Assembly (NCBI GenBank): GCA_964188305.1
Contig: OZ076893.1
Source: Podarcis bocagei
Taxonomy: Eukaryota
Strand: one strand, 5' to 3'
DNA: 64,000 bases
The number at the start of each line of letters is the position of its first letter. Position 1 is the stretch's first letter. Position numbers and translations under genes: made by a program. The notes beneath the pieces are model-generated. The model was given only the letters and a program-made list of their open reading frames with translations, did no database searches and had not been told where the DNA came from. Positions 13,071 to 25,651 of this stretch are shown piece after piece.

Positions 13071-13736
13071 TGTTTAATAGTAGAGGATGGAGAGCAAGAG
13101 GAAGGTGTATGATTGATTGATCTTCAGGAACATTTCTTCCAGAAGATACATATCTAGAAGAATGGGAAAATGGGGGTGGGTGAGTTAATCTCTCTTCCAC
13201 CAATGCAGGTGGGAGAAGAAGTGACTTGAAAATCCTCTCCCCAAGGCATGGTAGATGCAGGTGAAGCAGGTCTGAAGAGGAAAGAAATGGGGTGGGGTAA
13301 TGAATTACAGGGATGTGGATTGGGCCATTGAGACAGGTCCATCCTTAACTACTGATCCTGGAAGGAAGAACAGCAAAAGAGGCTTGGCCAACGGAGTCAG
13401 CCTCTTTTCTTTGGCCTTGGGCCCACCCCTGGCCAGCCGTCCATTGTCCTCCCTGACCGAGGGCAGGTCAAAGGCCAGCTCAAGCAGGTGGGTGGCACCT
13501 GCCCAGGTGAGCCCCGCTCGGTGCCACAAACCCTGCCCACCTGTGGGGAAGGGAGGGCAGATTTTGGCATCCAGAAATCTGGGAAGGCCTTGGACAGGAA
13601 CACTGTAAACCAGATAATACAAACTATTTCTTGAGTTTCTCTGAAGGAGAAGCTGAAAATAAGCAGGTCTGTTGTTGCCTATACTTCGCAAGCAAGTGTT
13701 GCATTGGTGTGTTTGTGGAGTCTAAAGGTCATTTCA
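13071..13736 (+). mobile_element. Candidate old solo LTR
   Basis: TG...CA ends with a 4/5 TSD (GTGTG/GTGTA), a purine-rich 5' half, a GC-rich middle and a GT-rich 3' end. There is no clean TIR or AATAAA. Confidence 0.3.
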
Positions 13737-14639
13737 GTGTAATATTCTAGGGTAGACTTTTTTCAGCTTGGGGTCCCTAGAGGCTGCTGGACTGCAACTC
13801 TAATCACCACTGCCCATTGGCAGGAGTCCAAAACACTTCTGGGGACCCATGGGAGAAGGACAGTGTTCAAGGGAACTCATATTTCTATTCCCCTTTCACA
13901 TGAGAACCATGTGGCCTTCTGAGCAGTTAGCCATGGCTTCACTTCCTTTTACATGCACAAGGATTAAGTATTGGATAGCCCATTAGTCTCAGAGGCTCTG
14001 CATCTTCAAAGACTGTGTTTTCCTTCACCTTTCATCAACCTAATTTAATTTATAATTTAGTTCATTGCTTTACTTTTGCTAAAAAGGATTCGGAATGCAG
14101 TCTCTGTTATTATTATTCTTTTGTTATGTTCTATATCTTACTTTGTGTTGTTCCTCTTTCTATTCCACAGTTGCATACATTTTTATATACATTAGCCATA
14201 TTGCTGTATCCCCCCACCCCCAGCCTGTGGGCTAAAGATTTGGCAGCTCAGTTCTGCGAAGTAAAGAGCTGAAAATGGTATATTTAAAAATTGGCTGCAT
14301 GTGCTGACATATTATCTGTCAAATCATTTTGAAAACTGGGCAAGAAGACCAAATCCACAAGCTGGTAATCCAGTGCTTTGATGTGGAAACAAAGATAGGA
14401 TGCAAATTCAGTGCTAGGCACTTGCTGTAGAAGCAGCTAAATCAGATTACTGCTAGCAGGCTTTTCTTCAAACAAGATATGAGAAAGCATACAATTACTT
14501 GGGATCTTTCATTTAGGTATGGTATTTCAAATGTGGTACTGAATCCCCAAAATGTAAATGCATATATTGTTGCATTCTTGCAGAATAATATTTTCTGCTA
14601 TCCACTCCCGAATCTCCCCTTCTTCCTGCTCCCTTTGAC

Positions 14640-14885
14640 TATTTTACTTCTCGCCACTAACTTTACATCGTTTATAAACATGTTAAAAAGCAAAGGTCCC
14701 AGTGCTGATCCTTGCAGGACTCGACTTTCTATATCCCTCCATTCAGAGAAATGTCTATTTATTTCTACTCTCTGCTTCCTGCTACTTAACCAATTCCAGA
14801 TCCACAAGAACTTGTCCTCTTTTCCTATGGCTCTTAAATTTACTCAGGGATCTTTGATGAGCTGCTTTCTCGAAGTCTTTTGAAA
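14640..14885 (-). pseudogene. CR1 LINE reverse-transcriptase fragment
   Basis: Translation WIWNWLSSRKQRVEIN...VLQGSALGPLLFNMFIND is the typical CR1 RT segment. Confidence 0.85.
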
Positions 14886-15868
14886 CTCAGTAAGTCCCAT
14901 GGAAGTTCCTATGGGACATTTATAACGTTATGCAGCAAAAGTTTAGAGCAGAGAAAACAAGGAAGACACAAGTGCTCTTTAGTACCATTGTGTGAAAGAA
15001 ACACGGTTTTGTATTTTCCTGCAGCCCCTCAAGGAATGCCAACAACGTGAGGCAGAATGTCAAATATTTTGATTTGTTCTTTTTCTTTGGATTTTGAATA
15101 TTTATGCAAGCCACTGAATAGAATGCAAACAAAAGAATTGGATGGTTAGCATATTTTTGGAGCACATATTTCCTTCTATAGCAGGGCCCAAATGTCACAG
15201 CTGCCTGTACCAGTCAGAGGATATCATGTGAACTTTAAAAAACCTTTTTCATAGAATGAACTTTCTGTAACATCTTACTAATAGTGTGTGGCTAACCAAA
15301 CTGAGTTTCCCCCTCATTTCCCTGCCCTCCTTTTGGGCAAAACCATAATGCAAACCTCAGCTTGAGTGAGACATGTTCAGGGCATGAAGGGTCAAAGAGA
15401 ATAATTATTTTCTTCTGAGTAGAATTAGTTGTGTTAATTCTTCTCTATGAGAAGAACAGTATTCACTGTCTTACCCATCATGGAAATTAGAGTAGCTTAT
15501 GCTTTTCACATACTTTCGAGATGAAATATGGGTATGCTAAGGGATTGAAAAATGTATCTATTAACTGTTGCAAAAAAAATGGTCATTACTTGAAACCATA
15601 CACGTTACAGCTAGGATCCAGAAGTCTCTGCCTATGTGCAAAGTGTTTCTGTGTATGTATGGCAAAAGCAGACACCTTTTGCATCTGGCTACAGTGCACA
15701 TCAAATGCCTCTTTGGAGTGTCATTTCTTCCCCTTCCAAAGTTTTTAGGAGCAACAGATACTGGTAGGAAGTCAGGCTGTAATATAGCCCTTTGGATCCT
15801 GGTCTATGTTTCCAATGTATAAATCAGCCTTGTAAATATGCCAGTGTAAATTACTAGCTTGCCTGCAT

Positions 15869-16247
15869 GGGACATGGGTGGTGCTGTTGTCTAAACCACT
15901 AAGCCTCTTGGGTTGCCGATCAGAAGGTTGGTGGTTTGAATCCCTGCAACAGGATGAGCTCCTGTTGCTCTGTCCCAGCTCCTGCCAACCTAGCAGTTCA
16001 AAAGCATGCCAGTGCAAGTAAGATAAATAGGTACTGCTGTGGTGGGAAGGTAAATGGCATTCCTGTGCACTCTGGTTTCTATCACGGTGTTCTGTTGTGC
16101 CAGAAGCGGTTTAGTCATGCTGGCCACATGACCTGGAAAGCTGTCTGTGGACAAACACTGGCTACCTCAGCCTGAAAGCGAGATGAGCGCCACAACCCCA
16201 TAGTCGCCTTTGACTGGACTTGACCATCCAGGGGTTCTTTACCTTTT
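15869..16247 (+). mobile_element. Sauria SINE (Squam1), full length, diverged
   Basis: GGGAC..GGTGG.GCTG head, CCTGCCAACCTAGCAGTTC, GCTGGCCACATGACC and a TTTACC tail. Confidence 0.9.
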
Positions 16248-17759
16248 ACTAGCCTGCAAATGCTTTTACTAGCCTGTGGACCATGACGAGCAGGCCCTTT
16301 CATAGCCTTTGGCTATGGTGTCAAATGCTGTCTCATGTGAAGTAAGACTCAACTGCTAGAATGGCCAGATTCTATGTGTGGCAGAATAATATATTGGGAT
16401 AGTCCAGAGGAAGCCTGTGGAAATGTGGGCTACTGACTCTTAGCTGGCTTGTGAAAAACAAAAAGGCTTCCACCAAGGAGACTTCTCAGGAAGGACAGTG
16501 TGGCCTGTCCCTCCTCTGTCAGCCTCTGTGCTAGTTGTAGAGGTAGAGACATCCCTTCCTCTGTAGCTAGCATGGAAACCAAGCGGGCTGGCAGCCTTCC
16601 ACCAGCTCATTCACTTGCATGCGTGGAATTCCACGCATTTGCCTTCACAGAATGTCTGCAAACTTATGGCTGCCAAGCAAGATGCTAAATATGAAGCTGG
16701 TATAAAGTCTCCACGTGATTGGCTGGAGGAACAACTTTGGACACAGTCCTGCAGAAGCCAAATTGAATGGAATGTGGGCTGTGGAAAGAGCATGGCTGAA
16801 AGCTAGACAGTTAATTGCTTTCAGAACTTTACTGGCTTGACTATTCTTGTGCAGATTAAGCCTTGACGTACTAGCAGACATTTGGTAGCTGTGATAATCG
16901 TGTATGTGACTGCAGTACTGCGCTGCTTGCTAATATGCATCACGCCCCCTCCCTCCCAAAGTTCGAATTACTTTTTCATATTCATAGGCAAGGTCACAGC
17001 CTATCCTGTTACATGATAGCATCTCTAATTCCTTCTCCTCTGCAAAACTTGGGGTTGGGTTGGTGGCCTATTGTGATTGAGGGTGGCTGCATGGGACCTG
17101 GATAGGTAAAGGTCAGCATTCATATACAGAATGTTATTACTTGGTTGTAAATGAAATCAGTTGCTGCCCCCGTCTCTCAGCAAAAGGCTATGAGGCTTCC
17201 AAAGCTTTCTCTATCCCCCACCGCCCTCTCTCTCTCACTTGGTGTGTGTGTGTGTCTCCCTCTTGGTGTGTAGACTGGAAGAGGCTGACAGGACACCTGT
17301 TCTGTGAGTGATAAGGGAAAATAAATGAATTTCACCTTGACAGCTCATTAATACATTGTTTGGCATCCACATGCATTGTGTGACCCAATCACAGCTTTGC
17401 AAAAACTCCTGTGTAGTAGCAAGTCTTATTTACATGTGATCTGGGCAATCTTTGAATGGATTTGAGTCATATATAATCATTGTATTAGCTCACATTTGGT
17501 TAACTCCAGCAAAGGAATGCAAGCAATGGGGTGTAAATGTCTAATATGGACATACACTCCCTCCCCCTCCCCCACAGCGCTTTATCCATTGTATTTATGC
17601 ACAATACTTCATGTCACATAGTCAGTGACAAGATGTTTTTGTATAATGGGCCCAATAAAGATTTCTCCACATTATTCCTGTGTTGCGCTTCATGTACACT
17701 ATAATTCAAAGGGATGCTATGCTCCGCTGCCAGCAAGGGTGTCCCATTCATTTTTTGTA

Positions 17760-17938
17760 CAGTGGTACCTCGGGTTACATACGCTTCAGGTTACAGACTC
17801 CGCTAACCCAGAAATATTACCTCAGAAATCGTGCAGTGGAGACGCAGCGGCAGCAGGAGGCCCTATTAGCTAAAGTAGTGCTTCAGGTTAAGAACAGACC
17901 TCCAGAATGAATTAAGTTCTTAACCCGAGGTACCACTG
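17760..17938. mobile_element. Tigger-like MITE, family 2, internally deleted
   Basis: CAGTGGTACCTCGGGTTA TIRs and TA TSD. Confidence 0.9.
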
Positions 17939-18284
17939 TACTTGAATTGGCCCCTCTGTTGAAGTGAATGTGCAGATACACCATCTGTTTGTTGTTGCAC
18001 ATATATGGTTCTGAGTCAGAATGACTTCACTGTAAGTCTCAAAAGACTGAGGGACTGAGCCAGCCCAAAATCCAATGGATTCTGAATCAGCGCCATTAAC
18101 ATCAGTTGTTGTCACTGAGCCCAATCCAAGCTGGTGCAGCAATTTGCCTGCCCACCTTATGCCCCAACCAGCATGACCAGTGAGGCTGTGGATGTTTTGA
18201 TAGAGCCATTGCTCCATCATGCCCTGCCATTGCCTGGATTGCCCTGCCTTTCATGCTTTGTGTAGACCCATTGGAATCTGTTGG

Positions 18285-18405
18285 TGGTATCTGATTAACT
18301 CAGAGTAAACCTATTGAAACCAATGGACTAATGCAAGTCCATTGGTTTCAGCATATCTTTTTGAGTCATTGATTTCAGTAGGTCTACTTGATCTGCATCT
18401 AGCCC
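18285..18405. repeat. Ancient palindromic reptile repeat (ACTCAGAGTAGACCCATTGAA type)
   Basis: Imperfect hairpin. Related copies lie near 1835-1960, 10430-10505, 22430-22510, 59395-59480 and 63035-63125. Confidence 0.45.
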
Positions 18406-21400
18406 CTTATGTGTTTATTTTCCTCACAGATTGAAGTTTATCAAAATAGCCTTTCCTACTATGACGTCAGTGACCAGAGCCCAAGCCTTTGTGACACAGA
18501 GCCTTCTGCAGTAGAGCTCAAATGAAGTTATAACCCTGTAGGCCTATTGAAATAGCATGGCTTATATCAGAATAATTGGTCTCAGTTAACATTAATTCCA
18601 TTGGCATTGTTTCATCTAATAAAACAGAACTAAAATGCCTAAGGCATCATATTTGCTGATTTGTATTTTCAACTCATCACCATATCCCACGACTCCTCCG
18701 CACTGTTCCTTGTAACATCTTCCTATCAAAGCTCCAACGCCAACACTGAGTAATACCTCAGAGGGCTGGAGCAATCTCCCTCTTGTTAATTACTTTTTTC
18801 TCAGATATTCTCTTCTTTTGTTTCTTTGTTCTTGATAGGGTAAAAGGCCATGAGAGGGAAGGAAGGAAGAAAGGGCAACTTGGTAAGATATTGTCGTGAC
18901 TTTTATGTGTGAAAAATGGAGTACGGAAGATATGAGAGAGTCAGTCCTTGGTGAAGCCTTTGTACAGCTTATTAAGCATTGCCAGCAGATTTAGCCTAAA
19001 GGAACATTTTGGAGGCTCCCATTCCAGCAAGCTACATGAGGAATGTCAAGGGAAAGTAAATAAGTTTCCATATTTCCAAATTCCAAATTTCATCCCTACT
19101 GCTGAAGTTTCCATATACACTCGGACACCATATATACACTCAAGGGATATCTTTTTCCTTCATCAAAACTGGATCTAGAGATTACTCATTGTCATTCGGA
19201 TCTTAAGTACACCAAGTGGTGTAAATTTTCACAACTGCAAATAGAAAACAAAAAAGTTGTGAAACAGCCTGCAAAACCACATGACTGTGTCAGCGCCACA
19301 TAAGATCTGCCTGGGTCTTAGGCAGTTCATAAAAAATGACTTTCAACAGCTGTGAAACAAATAGCTAAAGGACACAAATTCTGTTGAATGCCATTAGCCA
19401 GTCTGCTGTGATTATACAATAATAACTTTGATTGTGAGGGCAATAGCAGCAATCACTTCTAAGTAATAAACAGAAATGAATTTATCCTCACCGTTGTAAG
19501 CCTTGTACAGATTGAAAGATTCATTGTGGTTGACAGAGGATAGCAATTCATCCAACCTCTAACCTGTGTGTCTGCATCTATGTGCATCATCCTTCTCCTT
19601 GTCGACAACCATTTATGTGTCAGGTTTTTTAAGAGGAAAATGACTTCAAAGGAGCTAAGAACGCCATTAACAATTAGCTTGCTATTGCATTCCTTTATGA
19701 CATTTCAATCACCTGAGCCCTTATTGTCTGAATTATGTCAACCTTGTTTCATTGCCCGAGTGTGTAAATTATAAAGAAATATTTTGAAAGTTCAAATAGC
19801 CCATTGTTTCCACAATCCTCTTGTGAGCCATTAGTGGGGTTTCCAAAGGGCATTTCTGACACATATGGTATGGGGCACATGCGTGAGACATACTGTACTT
19901 GACATAAATGCCTAAGACAAATCATTTGGTGTGAGAGTTCTGTCAGAAATGTGGGTCAATCGTGTCAGTTTACTAAAGAACTGATTACATGTGGGAATCA
20001 GCCACACTTTCTTTCATACCTGACTATATAGTTGTGAAGATCATGACACAGATTGTTCATCCTGTATCCATTCTGAATGTTTGGATTTATGACATCCTCT
20101 CATCTTTAGATAAAAACATTGCTTATCTTCTGTTTTTTCTACAGTTTTTTCTTCTTCTATTAAACTTCTATTCTATTAAACTTGTTTAGAATGTCTTCCC
20201 CTTTGACTTTAAGGGGCCAGTGTGCTTCAGTGAATAGAGTACTGAATAGGGGTGTGTGAGAGAGAGACCCAGATTATTTCATACAGTATGGTTTTCTGGA
20301 TCAAAAATGGTGGGCTACAGATTCCCCAACCCTGTATGATAAAACCAGTTCAGTGACCCCCAATTTCTCCCTGTGCAGTCTAATGTCTGCCTCCATTTAC
20401 CCACTCCTAAGGCACTAGAAAAGGATTCCGATACTCACATATTGATATTAGATAATATATGGTGATCCCCTATGGCCAGGATGCACAGCTCATATCTACC
20501 AGGAGCCATGTGTTCCATATTATAGACTCAATTTTATGGATTTCTCTTCCCATTGCAGACAGGTAGGCCTCTTCCCCATTGAATTCCCAGTGCCTACTGA
20601 AGACTCTTATTTTTATTATTCCAGTGGGAATTTTAACTGAATTCTGATTTTTTCGTTTTAACTCATTTTTATTTTCCTCATGTTGAATTTCTATGCTCTA
20701 CTTAGAAACAACTGTAATTAAGTAAGTATACAAATAGCTGCATAAATGAATAGGGACACAAAGTTCCCAGTTTGGGAGTTGCCTGACATTCTGCATATGC
20801 AGAACTGCCTGTTTTCAAAGTAACACTCCTCGGATGGGTGTGGTGTCATGGTCAAAGTTTAATGGCACTTTAATATTTGAAGCAGCCAGTGTTCCTTGAA
20901 GAGTGAGTGCTTAAAAAGAATGAGTGTTAAAAAGTGTGACTGTTAAAAAAGCATGCGTGTTAAAGGCTGACAGTAGATGAGATCAGGAAAATATATTACA
21001 GCTATCAGCATAGAGATCTTCCTTAACTATTGCCATTTCCTGAAGAGACAGTAGTATAAAACATGCCCCAAAGGCAGAATGTATATGTCTAAATAATAAG
21101 CATTTCATTAATTGGGCTTGGAGCAGTATTGCTACTTGCTCTCAAAGAAATATTGGGGTCAATTTTCAATTCATGGATAGCTAGGACAACATAAATGCAC
21201 CTTGAAAAGGCAGTGGGGGAAAGCAAATCCTTAAATGAAGTCGCAATGCAGCTATTACGTGTAGCTACTGTTTTGAAGGTAATGCTTTTTATGTGGACAA
21301 AATTATTTTCACACTCTTTCTGGATTGTACCGATCAAAGCACGTGAAGCAGAAATGACTTATTCAGAATTGTATGTTTCAGTACTAGAGGCAATTTCACG

Positions 21401-22597
21401 AGCAAACATTACAAATGACCAAACCCTGAAAGGACCCCAGAGAAACTTGTAAAAATAATAATAATGAAAAACACCGATAAGGCTGAGATAAGTCTCTGCT
21501 GCTTTCCATTCCTGACACCCCAATCCCTTCACTTTTACTGTGGTAACTGCTGAGCCATTTCTTAAGTTCTGAAGAGCTTCACTGTGAATTGAGTCTTCTT
21601 ATACTGTTGGTTAGTTGATGACAAACACCATCACTTAGCTGATCAGTGGTGCCTGTAACCATCCTTTGACCCAGTCACATTTTTACCTGCGAGCACCTGA
21701 CCTCTTGTATTTGGGTGTGTCTTGGCCAGAGCAGCCTCATGATCCAACTGGGTATGCCTGGTGGGCCTAATTAGGCCAGCAGACTGGAGGTTCCCAGTCC
21801 CAGCCTCATAGCAACAATGGTAAATCTGTGGTCTTCCAGATATTACTAGACTCCAGCATCATTCATGGTCAGGGATGATGGGAGTTGTATTCCAACAACA
21901 CCTGCAGAGCCATAAGTTCTCCACCCCTGCCTCACAGAGTGTAAGCCTCTTATGGCGTGCCTTCCATGGCAAAGCAATTCCTGTAGAGCAGCTCCCTCTT
22001 GTGCCAAGAATATTTCTGGAAGCTCCAGAAGGACACACAAGAGGAATCTATGCTGCACTCCTCACTGATCGACTGTCCCAGATTTGGGGATGGGTGACAC
22101 TGGCAAGGAAAGGACTCCTATTGTGGCTCCATCTATTTGACCTATCATGATGGAATAAGGAGTCAAACCAAAGTGGCCCCCACACAACAAAGGGAATGCC
22201 AGAAGGGCCCTGCACCATAGGATGTGATCCCAGGTGTGTGTCAGGTGCAGGGCACTCCAGGATTCCCTAACTACTGGGGGCAAAAGCTGGACTGCATCCC
22301 AGGGATCATTCATATCTTCAGTCTCCAGTGATTTAGCAGAGGAATGGAAACCACTGAGTGGAAGTCTACTAAGAGTGTCATTCTTAACTGTGCAACTAGA
22401 TTTTACTAGATTTTTCCACTAAGTCTCTTGGTATGCAACTAGATTTCACTCAGAGTAGACCCATTGAACTTAATGAACATGTATAATTTCAAAAGATCTA
22501 CTATGAGTAACACCACCTGTACATGCATAGATGCAATGCAGAAGTGATGTCAGTTCTTATTACAAAATTAGCCCTTATGCATGGTGGACAGGTTTCC

Positions 22598-22599
<2 letters not shown>

Positions 22600-22631
<32 letters not shown>
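22600..22631. repeat. (GA)n microsatellite
   Basis: Direct reading. Confidence 0.95.
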
Positions 22632-22634
<3 letters not shown>

Positions 22635-22672
22635 AGAACCAGCAGAAAACAAAGGGGGGCTTTGGATAAATA

Positions 22673-22914
22673 CAGTGGTAGCTCGGGTTACAGACGCTTC
22701 AGGTTACAGATGCTTCAGGTTACAGACTCTGCTAACCCAGAAATAGTACCTTGGGTTAAGAACTTTGCTTCAGGATGAGAACAGAAATCGCGCAGCGGTA
22801 GCGTGGCAGCAACAAGAGGCCCCATTAGCTAAAGTGGTACCTCAGGTTAAGAACAGTTTCAGGTTAAGAACGGACCTCTGGAACGTATTAAGTTCTTAAC
22901 CTGAGGTACCACTG
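22673..22914. mobile_element. Tigger-like MITE, family 2
   Basis: CAGTGGTA.CTCGGGTTA / TAACCTGAGGTACCACTG TIRs and TA TSD. Confidence 0.9.
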
Positions 22915-23073
22915 TATGCACTAATAGTGTTATTTAAAAAAGTAGTTTTTATGCATGGTCAGAATGGATAAGAATGAAGGATACATCTGTGAATGCTCCC
23001 TTTTTGAGTGAAAGACATTCATTTTATAGCTGTTCCTTATGCATTCCTAGACATTTCTACAGCCTATAAAGAC

Positions 23074-23403
23074 CAGCCCCTCCAAGTGATGTCCCTGATT
23101 TAGAGAAGCCATCCTGGTTTCTGATTTGATCCTGGAATGTCCTGCTTTTCCTTAGGATGTCCCTATTTTCACTGGAGAAATGTTGGAGGGTATGGAGTTA
23201 TCCAACCCCTGAGCTGTCTGAAGGCAATCCAATATTTTGATTTTTTGAAAAAAAAAGTTTAATGTTTTATTATGTTTTTATAAATGTTGGAAGCTTCCCA
23301 GAGTGCTGAGGCAACCTAGTAAGATGTGTAGGGTATAAATAGTAAAATTATCATTATGGAATGGGATGTCCCTATTTTCATCAGAGAAAAGTTGGAGGGT
23401 ATG
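23074..23403. mobile_element. Composite non-autonomous DNA transposon with a duplicated terminus
   Basis: Ends are CAGCCCCTCCAA / TTGGAGGGTATG, the terminal ~40 bp occurs twice (23155-94, 23364-403), and AAAGAC flanks both sides. A second copy is inverted at 47753-48078. Confidence 0.75.
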
Positions 23404-24167
23404 AAAGACTAAGCTAAGCTTGCTAGATCAGTGCAAAAACAGGCCACCTCTCCTGAATGCTCATATTTCTTTTTCTCTCTCCATTTAAAGCTTTATTCAG
23501 TATTTTGCCACGACACACCTAACAGTATGTGCTGAAAAGCTTAGTGAAATATAATTAATTCATTAAGTTAATTTAATTAACCAACCAAGATGGAGAGTGT
23601 TATTGTAAGTTAACACTGAGATGCCTGCTTTATATTCTGTGATATGCAAGTTCTGGTTGTTTTTTTAATATGTGTTTGTGTGTGTGTGTGTGTTTGTGTG
23701 TTGCTGTAATATGGGAACTAATAGTGAAGCTGGTTTCACCTAAAGCCTTTCAGTACTTTCTCCCTATAATGAAGGCCATTAGTTGAGATATATGTGAGAT
23801 GCACTCAGTTCTGTCCTACACTGGGAGATTCCTGATACGTGTTTTAAAAAATAAAATATAACTTGAGAATAAAAAGGGTGTGGGGGAGACATTATCTGTG
23901 GAAGATTAGAGATAGCTTTGTCAGCTACAATTATTTCTGTTATTTCTCTTCATGCAGCATTTGCATTCTTACATGTATAAATTAGATAATTAGATGATAA
24001 CATGAATGCAACAGACCAATAAATTAAATTATCTAATGCTTTTGTGAGTCTACTTTCCAGATATCCCTTTTGTTCCACATTATGCTGCTTGTATAGCAGG
24101 CTTCTTTTTCAGTGGACTAGTCCTTAGATGCAATTAACTACAATAATATTTAATAATATGTGGATGA

Positions 24168-24330
24168 GTCTCCGCTCCTCCACATGCAGCTTCTTTGAAG
24201 TCTCTCAGCCCCACTCACCTCACAGAGTGTTTGTTGTGGGGGAGGAAGGGAAAGGAGAATGTTAGCCGCTTTGAGACTCCTTAAAGGGAGTGAAAGGCAG
24301 GATATCAAATCCAAACTCTTCTTCTTCTTC
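24168..24330 (+). mobile_element. Squam2-like SINE, 5'-truncated with an internal deletion
   Basis: Nearly identical to the 3' part of 2877-3128, with a (CTT)n tail. Confidence 0.85.
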
Positions 24331-24355
24331 TAAAATGTGAACCAAAAGCTATGGA

Positions 24356-24356
<1 letters not shown>

Positions 24357-24396
<40 letters not shown>
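24357..24396. repeat. (CA)n microsatellite
   Basis: Direct reading. Confidence 0.95.
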
Positions 24397-24397
<1 letters not shown>

Positions 24398-24529
24398 TCT
24401 GAATCTAGACAATTTGTGACAGGTGAATTTGGCTACCATTATTCACACAATGGCTGGGAGCAAATAGGTGACTGAAATTGTTCAGATACCTACATTTTCA
24501 CATCAGTTTAAAAAAAATAAAAATAAAAG

Positions 24530-24765
24530 TCCTTATGAAAATTCATAAACATTTCCCTAATATTCACATTCCCACTATTGTAATGCTTTTCTGCATGTTA
24601 TTTTCAGTAATATATGCATTTCTATGCACACATTACCCCAATATATGCATCTGTGTACACATTACTTCGCAAGTACATTGAAAAACCTACATTGCAAAAT
24701 TAGACGAAGTGTGATTTTCAAAGGGTGGCTGTGCTTTGGTTCTTGTGTTGTTTCAGTGCACAAGA
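24530..24765. repeat. Old interspersed repeat, unclassified
   Basis: Similar to 43600-43870 (..GTACAC..TGCAAAAT..TTTCAAAGG.TG.CTGT). Confidence 0.45.
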
Positions 24766-25024
24766 ACCTTTTGCTTTTAATTGCAAACTGAATGGAGTTT
24801 CTACCCCACCCCACGCCTCAGGTCTTACTCAGGAAAATTTCTCCCCCTGCTGCAAGCCCCTTGTTAGACCTGGTCAGGCAGCTAGGAAAGATTCTCATTG
24901 TCTTCCCTCTGCTTATGATGCTCGGAGTCACTACTTTCAGAGAAGCCAAAATGGCCCCAGAAATGAAGTTTCTGTATCCACAGGCTGGCTTACCTGGGCT
25001 GATACCTACCGGTAGTTCCATGGT

Positions 25025-25651
25025 CAGTGCCAGATTTACATATAAGGTAAACAAGCTATAGCTTAGGGCCCCACTCTCTTGTGGGTCCCCCCAAAAAATC
25101 ACTATTAATATACTTCTTAATTGTATTTCAGTTCAACAATTACTTCGATAAAATACATATTTTGTTATGTGCAAATGGCTTTAAATACTTATTAGGTCCA
25201 TAAAGTACCACATATCATATTTTCAACACAAAAACCAGCGACAATTTGTTGTTGACAAAGGACAGCTGGACATATAAAGGGCCCCATTATCTTCAGTAGC
25301 TTAAAAGTAAAGGTAAAGGACCCCTGACGGGTAAGTCCAGTCGCAAATGACTCTGGGGTTGCGGCGCTCATGTCACTTTACTGGCCGAGAGAGCCGACAT
25401 TTTTCTGCAGACAGTTTTTCCGGGTCATGTGGCCAGCATGACTAAGCCACTTCTGGCAAAACCAGAGCAGGGCACGGAAACACTGTTTACCTTCCCGCTG
25501 GATCGGTACCTATTTATCAACTTGCACTTTGACATGCTTTTGAACTGCTAGGTTGGCAGGAGCTGGGACCGAGCAACGGGAGCTCACCCAATGGCGGGGA
25601 TTCGAACCACCGACCTTCCGATCAGCCTCATCAAACCTAAATATGGCCATG
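25025..25651. mobile_element. hAT MITE interrupted by a Sauria SINE
   Basis: Imperfect TIRs CAGTGCCAGATTTA / TAAATATGGCCATG and an 8-bp TSD TCCATGGT/TGCATGGT. Confidence 0.8.
25304..25626 (-). mobile_element. Sauria SINE, 5'-truncated
   Basis: AAAGGTAAAGG tail, GGGTCATGTGGCCAGCATGACT, and a B box (GGATTCGAACC on the plus strand). Confidence 0.9.
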
